A DNA stretch of 64,000 nucleotides. Origin: Thraustochytrium aureum (taxonomy: Eukaryota). Of this stretch, positions 58,866 through 64,000 are shown in pieces. The first letter of the stretch is position 1. Each line of letters opens with the position of its first letter. A model generated the notes under the pieces. That model had not been told where the DNA came from, did no database searches, and saw nothing but the letters and a program-made list of their open reading frames with translations. A program made the position numbers and the translations under genes. The stretch is taken from assembly GCA_012862495.1 (NCBI GenBank), contig BLSG01000402.1:185701-249700 (forward strand), read 5' to 3'.

Positions 58866-60608
58866 CTACTTTTGCACTTGGCTCTTGCGCTGGCTGACAG
58901 CGTCGCGATAGCACGCGACGGGAGGCGCCGATATCTCGAGCGCCCCGGTCCCAGGCTCCCCGGCGCTGCGCAGCTGCTCGGAGACCCAGCGACGCTCTGC
59001 CGCCTTGCAAGCGTCCTTAATGTCTCGACCAGAAAACCCGTCTGTGGCTCGCGCCAGGTCGAGCCTCTCCTGCGGCCCAAGCTGCACCGCGTAGCGCGCA
59101 AAGATAGCAACGCGCGCGTCCAGGCCTGGCAACGGGAACGGAACCGTCACATCAAAGCGGCTCACGAGGGCCGCGTCCAGGTCCTGCTGGCGGTTGGTTG
59201 CCGCGATAACGATCGCACCCGTCCGCTCCTGGAACCCGTCAAGCGTGCGAAGGAGCACGGACAACAGCCGGCGCGTTGCTTCATGCATAGAGCCGCCGCT
59301 GTCGCGCGAAGTCGCCAAAGAGTCAATCTCGTCAAGAAACACTATTGCACTGCCCAACTCGTCGCAGGTGGCGAGAATCTCCGAAAGGCGCGACTCGCTC
59401 TCGCCAAACCACTTGGACATCACCGACTCAATCGGAATGTACACCATCGGGACTCCAGCCAGACTCGCCACAATCCGGGCCGTTGTTGTTTTGCCCGTGC
59501 CAGGCGGCCCCTCAAACAGAACAGCGCGGGGGCGGTTGCTCTCAAACCTGGCCCGGGTTTTGCGAGTCACGTTGTCGTACTCGTCCGGGTGCTTGAGGCC
59601 TAGCAATACGGTGTCCTCCACGTCGCGGCGCACAGCGTCGTATCCAGCGAGGCAAGACCAGTCCAGGTGAACTGGTGTCGAGGAGCTCCCTTGGGCGCCG
59701 GACTCGCGATAGACGACTGCCCCCAGGGCCTCAAGTCTCGCAAGAGGGTCCGCGCGCGACGCTTGACCCTGCGCTGACTGGCCGGCCGGCGGCCACGCGC
59801 TTGGCTCGGTTGGCCAGGGGCTTCTGCTCGCTCCGCCAGGAATGTGGCCAAAGCGGGCCGTGAAGGCACCCGCCGCGTAGGAGGCAACGAAGGCGTCAAG
59901 CTCCGCCTCGCTGAACGCGCCGTCTTCCTTGTAGAACACAACCTCGGTCGCGGTTTCGCGCGCGCCAAGAGGGTGCTGCTCGGCCTGCTGGACTGCTACG
60001 CTGCCGCGCCCGCCCGGCAAGATAATGCTGNNNNNNNNNNNNNNNNNNNNNNNNNNNNNNNNNNNNNNNNNNNNNNNNNNNNNNNNNNNNNNNNNNNNNN
60101 NNNNNNNNNNNNNNNNNNNNNNNNNNNNNNNNNNNNNNGCTAATGCCGGCACGAGATTGGCTGGTGAAGCGACGACGAACGAGATGCCTCGGCAGGCCCC
60201 GCCAACGGCCGCCATTTTCACCGACGGCGAGCTGTGGCGCGCCTCCCGGACAGGCTCGAGCTTCTTTTGCAGTCGCTCCTTTAACAGGTCACCCGCGTCG
60301 CACCAAGCCATCCCAGCAGAGGCCACTGCAGCAGCCGCGGCGCCGCCAAGCCAAAGTGCGAGATTCCAGTGGGGAATCCCGCCAGCCCCGGCTTCTGTTC
60401 CGGAGCGTTGCTGCACATCCGCAAGCGCTGGCAGCGCGTGCACCTCGCGACCCGCAAGCCGCGCTGACATCGCACAGCCAAGTACCTCGCGCCCACTCGT
60501 CCGAGCCAGAGCGAGCAACCCCGCCGTCCTCCCCGCCCGCATCCATCCGAGTCCCTCCCCGGCTCCCTTGAGCCAAAGGGCCCTCGCTCCAGCCAAGCGG
60601 CCCGCCAT
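58866..60608 (-). CDS. Single-domain AAA+ ATPase, possibly mitochondrial; gap at 60031-60138; start 60608 or 60845
   Basis: Walker A GPPGTGKT, Walker B VFLDEID, SRH AATNRQQDLDAALVSRFD, GFSGRDI; Arg/Ala/Leu-rich N-terminus. Confidence 0.85.
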   Translation of the reverse strand: MAGRLAGARALWLKGAGEGLGWMRAGRTAGLLALARTSGREVLGCAMSARLAGREVHALPALADVQQRSGTEAGAGGIPHWNLALWLGGAAAAAVASAGMAWCDAGDLLKERLQKKLEPVREARHSSPSVKMAAVGGACRGISFVVASPANLVPALXXXXXXXXXXXXXXXXXXXXXXXXXXXXXXXXXXXXXSIILPGGRGSVAVQQAEQHPLGARETATEVVFYKEDGAFSEAELDAFVASYAAGAFTARFGHIPGGASRSPWPTEPSAWPPAGQSAQGQASRADPLARLEALGAVVYRESGAQGSSSTPVHLDWSCLAGYDAVRRDVEDTVLLGLKHPDEYDNVTRKTRARFESNRPRAVLFEGPPGTGKTTTARIVASLAGVPMVYIPIESVMSKWFGESESRLSEILATCDELGSAIVFLDEIDSLATSRDSGGSMHEATRRLLSVLLRTLDGFQERTGAIVIAATNRQQDLDAALVSRFDVTVPFPLPGLDARVAIFARYAVQLGPQERLDLARATDGFSGRDIKDACKAAERRWVSEQLRSAGEPGTGALEISAPPVACYRDAVSQRKSQVQK

Positions 60609-60898
60609 CCCGCCCTCCAGGGCCGCGAACACCGAGATGGATCCCAGCGCCGATCCGATCCCGATCCCGATCCCGATCCCGGGCACGCCGCCTCGCGATC
60701 CACCTGAACGCAAGCCCGCAGTCGCACACGCGCGCAGCAACAGCGCCAGCGGCACCAGCAGCACCAGCAGCACCAGCTCGGCCTGCACCGCCTCCGCCCA
60801 CAGCGCCTGCGGCGGTTCGTTCGCGGTCTGCTCTTCCTCGGCCATGTTGCTTTCGCTGCGCCTTGGGCTCCCGAAATGCCGCGCGAACGGCGGCACTG

Positions 60899-61191
60899 TA
60901 CGATGGCCGCACCCGCGCGACAGCGCAGGCCCGCGATTGGGTTCGGGGCGGACAGCTTGCGCGGCGGCGGCTCGCTGGCCTCGTCGCGGTCTGGCCTGGC
61001 TGGCGCAGTCTGGCCTGGCATCTTGCCATATCGGGGTGGCGAGATGGCGAGGAATGTTGGACATGATCCATACGAAGGCCGCACCCGCGCGAGAGCGCAG
61101 GCCCGCGATTGGGTTCGGGGCGGACAGCTTGCGCGGCGCCGGCTCGCTGGCCTCGTCGCGGTCTGGCCTGGCTGGCGCAGCCTGGCTGGCC
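60899..61191. repeat. ~120-bp direct duplication, 172-bp period, in a divergent promoter
   Basis: TACGA.GGCCGCACCCGCGCGA.AGCGCAGGCCCGCGATTGGGTTCGGGGCGGACAGC... at 60899 and 61071. Confidence 0.92.
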
Positions 61192-61436
61192 TCACGCGCG
61201 AGAGAGAGTACGTTCAACCTTAGCTGATGATCGAGCGCCGCCGCGCACCGAGTCCCGCACGTCGGATCTGACGCGGCGACCGCACTCGCGCGACAGCCAA
61301 TGTCCGCGGTGCCTTCTGGCGCATCCAGCTTGCCGAATGCCTGCTCCGCGGCCTCGTCGCGGCCTGGCACGAGTGCGCTAGTCCTGGGCTCGCCGCGTAC
61401 ACGATTCCGGCACGGACCAACGGATATATGTAGAGG

Positions 61437-64000
61437 ATGCACCTGGGGAGGAAGGACGATGACGAGGTCGATGTTGGCGCCGCAGCAGAGCCATCGGCGC
61501 TCGCTCGAGGGCGATTTTGTAGCTGCTGCTGCGCGTGGAGTTGCACGCGTTGGTGTGGTGGCGGAGATATGGCGCCTGGCAGCGATGGCGCCGCGCTGGC
61601 TGGTCAGACGGGTGGCGACAGTGAAGCGGTCTTCTCCCTGCCCGTGTTTGACTCGGTTCAGGCGAGCACCGAGTCAGAGCGCGACCGCGTGCTTCGGATT
61701 TATCATGGAGATGAACGGGAGAAGGCCAAGGAGAAGCTTCGCAAGGGCACGGCCGACATCAAAGACCGGGCCCGCAAGCGCAAGTACCTGACCAAGGTGC
61801 TGGAGCGCAAGCTGGAGAAGCACGTGGAGGCCACGCTGTGGCGGCAGTCCCACGCGCTTGGCGCGCAGTCTGAGACAGTGCAAGAGGCGCGCAGACGCGT
61901 CGAGGCGGCGCGCGACAGCCTCTTGCGGGAGGCCGAGCGCGCCGTCCTGCAGCACGAGGCCATCCGCGTCAACGAGGCCAAGCTCAAGGGCATCCGCGAA
62001 ACCGAGCGGCTCCGCGCCTTTCGCATGGTCCGCACAGCAATCTGCCTATTATTATTGCTCAGCGCAGCTGCCCTCGTGGTGCTGATCCCTTCGTTCGAGC
62101 TCAGCGTTGGCGCCCCATTTCGCGAGGGCTGGGCCAAACTCGTGCGACTCGACGGCGCCAACGCCGCCGCCTGGCTTGAGTGCGAAGAGCGCTGGGGCCC
62201 TTCCCTGGACTTTGTTGAGACAGAGGGCTATGCAGACGCTTCATGCAGCAAGAACAGCACCGTCACCGAATACTATTTGTACAACATTACAAACGGCGAC
62301 GCCGTGTTGCAAACTGGCGCAACGCCCTTGGTCAAGGAGCTGGGGCCGTTTCTGTTTGAGATTGGGGTGCGCCGGCGGGAGAGCGAGCGCGGCGAGGGCT
62401 GGATCAAGACCGAGCAGCTCCAATATTACCGCTATTTGGGCGCAGCGGCGGACCTCGACCTCCAGGTCACGACGGCAAACCTGGGGTTTGCCCGATTTCT
62501 GGCGCGGCTCAAGAACGAGATGGAGCTGAGCGACACGGACGCAGTCCTTGTCACAGAGATCTTTATTAAGCGATTCCATGAGCGCGTTCAGGCCTCCGGG
62601 GTGACTTCTGTGGAGGAGTGGCTCCGGCGCGGAACCGAGCCAGACTGTCTCACACTAGGTTGCTTCCTGGCGCGGCGCGAGATTGGCGCTCTGATAGCGG
62701 CCTTCAATTCGAGTGCAGAGGTGCGAAACGCCTTGGAGGGTTCGCACCTGCTGGGTCTGCCCGTTTTCGGGGTGGACCCCCTCGAGCAGGGCCAGGCGCA
62801 AGTGTTGTGGGACGTCCTTGCGGCGGGCTCCGACTTTGTGCAGGACGCGCGGGAGCCGCACGCGCCTCGTCAGTGCAGCTTGGTGAACGCCGCTGCGTGC
62901 GCGCACTTTGGCGCCCCCGTGGCCAACGCCAAGGTGCTCCTCGACGCCTTCCAGATGCTGTGGGCCTACGTCGGCAACAGCCAAACTCTGCTCACTACTG
63001 TGGACCTGGTCAGACTGAACATCGGCCTTGACACATTCGATCTGCAGGGCTTTTACGAAGGGATCGCCCTCCGAAACACGCGGTGCGAGGCAGCAACACT
63101 TTTCATGGGCCAGCTACGGTGCACGCAGCTCAACGACGTGGTGCAGTACATCTTCTGGATCTTCCAAACCGAGTGGGAGGCGCTATTCGCGCAACGAAAG
63201 GCCGGCAAGGGGTACTTGACGACGCGAACCGTGCGCGAGCTCTTGCTCACTGGGCACGAGGACGCTACTACAATGATCCTCAACCTTGGTGCTGGCGCGT
63301 CAGCAGCGTATGACACGGATCGCCGGGAAATCGCCCAGCGCATCCAGGCTGCCTCAGCTGACGCCCCGGCGGCCCTTGACGCGAGCGATCGCGCTTGGCT
63401 TCTCCGCGGGTGGGTGCCGCCCTTGGTCGGCCTCCCGTCCGAGGACCTATTGGACGCCTTCCTTCCGAAGACGCAAGGCGCCAACGCAAGCTCGGCACCG
63501 GCCAAACGATACCCTGGCGTTTTCCTGCCAGCGGACGCCGATGCAGCGGACCCCATGACCGTGTCCGTGCAGCCAGAGACGCGCTCCTACAGGGACGGCA
63601 CGGCAGCTCCGCGGTACCTTGAGGGCGCGCGTTTCATGGGCGCGCTCGATGGGCGGATCTCGACAGACATATTTGGGGACGAGCCTGCAAGTCTGCAGAG
63701 CTATGATGGCACACAGTTCGGGCCGACTTTTGACCTGACGTGGAGCGGGCTCATGTACGCCGTTTCAGGCGAGCCGTACAGCTCGAGTGAGCAGTTGAGT
63801 TCTTGGCGATCGACCGCCCCATTCTACCTCGACCAGGCCCATCGCGCCCTGACGCTGGTCCGTGCTCCAGGCGTTGCGGCGCTTGGAAGGGACGGCGTCC
63901 CGGACCTCGCCGCAACAGAGGTGGACGCCGACCTGCATGCAGATGTGGAGCTCTCCGCGTTCCGGCTCCAGTACGACCGGTTGAACCGCCTCAGTTCGGA
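61437..64000 (+). CDS. CD36/scavenger receptor class B-like membrane protein, runs off the window end (absent from the ORF track)
   Basis: Manual translation from ATG 61437: coiled-coil, TM (AICLLLLLSAAALVVLIP), then YYLYNITNGDAVLQTGATPLVKELGPFLF, which matches the CD36 N-terminal motif. Confidence 0.75.
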   Translation, partial: MHLGRKDDDEVDVGAAAEPSALARGRFCSCCCAWSCTRWCGGGDMAPGSDGAALAGQTGGDSEAVFSLPVFDSVQASTESERDRVLRIYHGDEREKAKEKLRKGTADIKDRARKRKYLTKVLERKLEKHVEATLWRQSHALGAQSETVQEARRRVEAARDSLLREAERAVLQHEAIRVNEAKLKGIRETERLRAFRMVRTAICLLLLLSAAALVVLIPSFELSVGAPFREGWAKLVRLDGANAAAWLECEERWGPSLDFVETEGYADASCSKNSTVTEYYLYNITNGDAVLQTGATPLVKELGPFLFEIGVRRRESERGEGWIKTEQLQYYRYLGAAADLDLQVTTANLGFARFLARLKNEMELSDTDAVLVTEIFIKRFHERVQASGVTSVEEWLRRGTEPDCLTLGCFLARREIGALIAAFNSSAEVRNALEGSHLLGLPVFGVDPLEQGQAQVLWDVLAAGSDFVQDAREPHAPRQCSLVNAAACAHFGAPVANAKVLLDAFQMLWAYVGNSQTLLTTVDLVRLNIGLDTFDLQGFYEGIALRNTRCEAATLFMGQLRCTQLNDVVQYIFWIFQTEWEALFAQRKAGKGYLTTRTVRELLLTGHEDATTMILNLGAGASAAYDTDRREIAQRIQAASADAPAALDASDRAWLLRGWVPPLVGLPSEDLLDAFLPKTQGANASSAPAKRYPGVFLPADADAADPMTVSVQPETRSYRDGTAAPRYLEGARFMGALDGRISTDIFGDEPASLQSYDGTQFGPTFDLTWSGLMYAVSGEPYSSSEQLSSWRSTAPFYLDQAHRALTLVRAPGVAALGRDGVPDLAATEVDADLHADVELSAFRLQYDRLNRLSS

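Overview
GC-rich, gene-dense, intron-poor eukaryotic scaffold window with about 14 N-gaps. The fused DHFR-TS, fused HPPK-DHPS, short GTAAGT...CAG introns, absence of plastid-type presequences and (GGCA)n/(GGCG)n promoter microsatellites suggest a heterotrophic protist, most likely a thraustochytrid/labyrinthulomycete stramenopile (inference). About 25 genes: cytosolic HSP90 with upstream heat-shock elements, an SSS-family symporter, a CEP164-type WW domain/kinesin-14 fusion, uroporphyrinogen-III methyltransferase (SUMT), class-III (GABA) aminotransferase, an atypical E2 domain protein, DHFR-TS, TMEM128, an EF-hand protein, HROB-like, membralin, three NRT2 nitrate transporters, WD40, an IQ/WW-like protein, two ZIP transporters, AMPK gamma, HPPK-DHPS, a voltage-sensor-only protein, NSE4, an AAA ATPase and a CD36-like ORF that the ORF track missed. 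Many genes carry single-base frameshifts at homopolymers, probably sequencing errors. The most interesting signals are dense GTAC(T) clusters upstream of both SUMT and the divergent NRT2 pair (a candidate nitrate-regulon cis-element), the CEP164N-kinesin-14 fusion, the atypical E2 gene next to a Helitron-like hairpin-CTAG, a MESVD HSP90 tail and a repeat array with variable AT-rich spacers. No database search was run; family calls rest on motif recognition.
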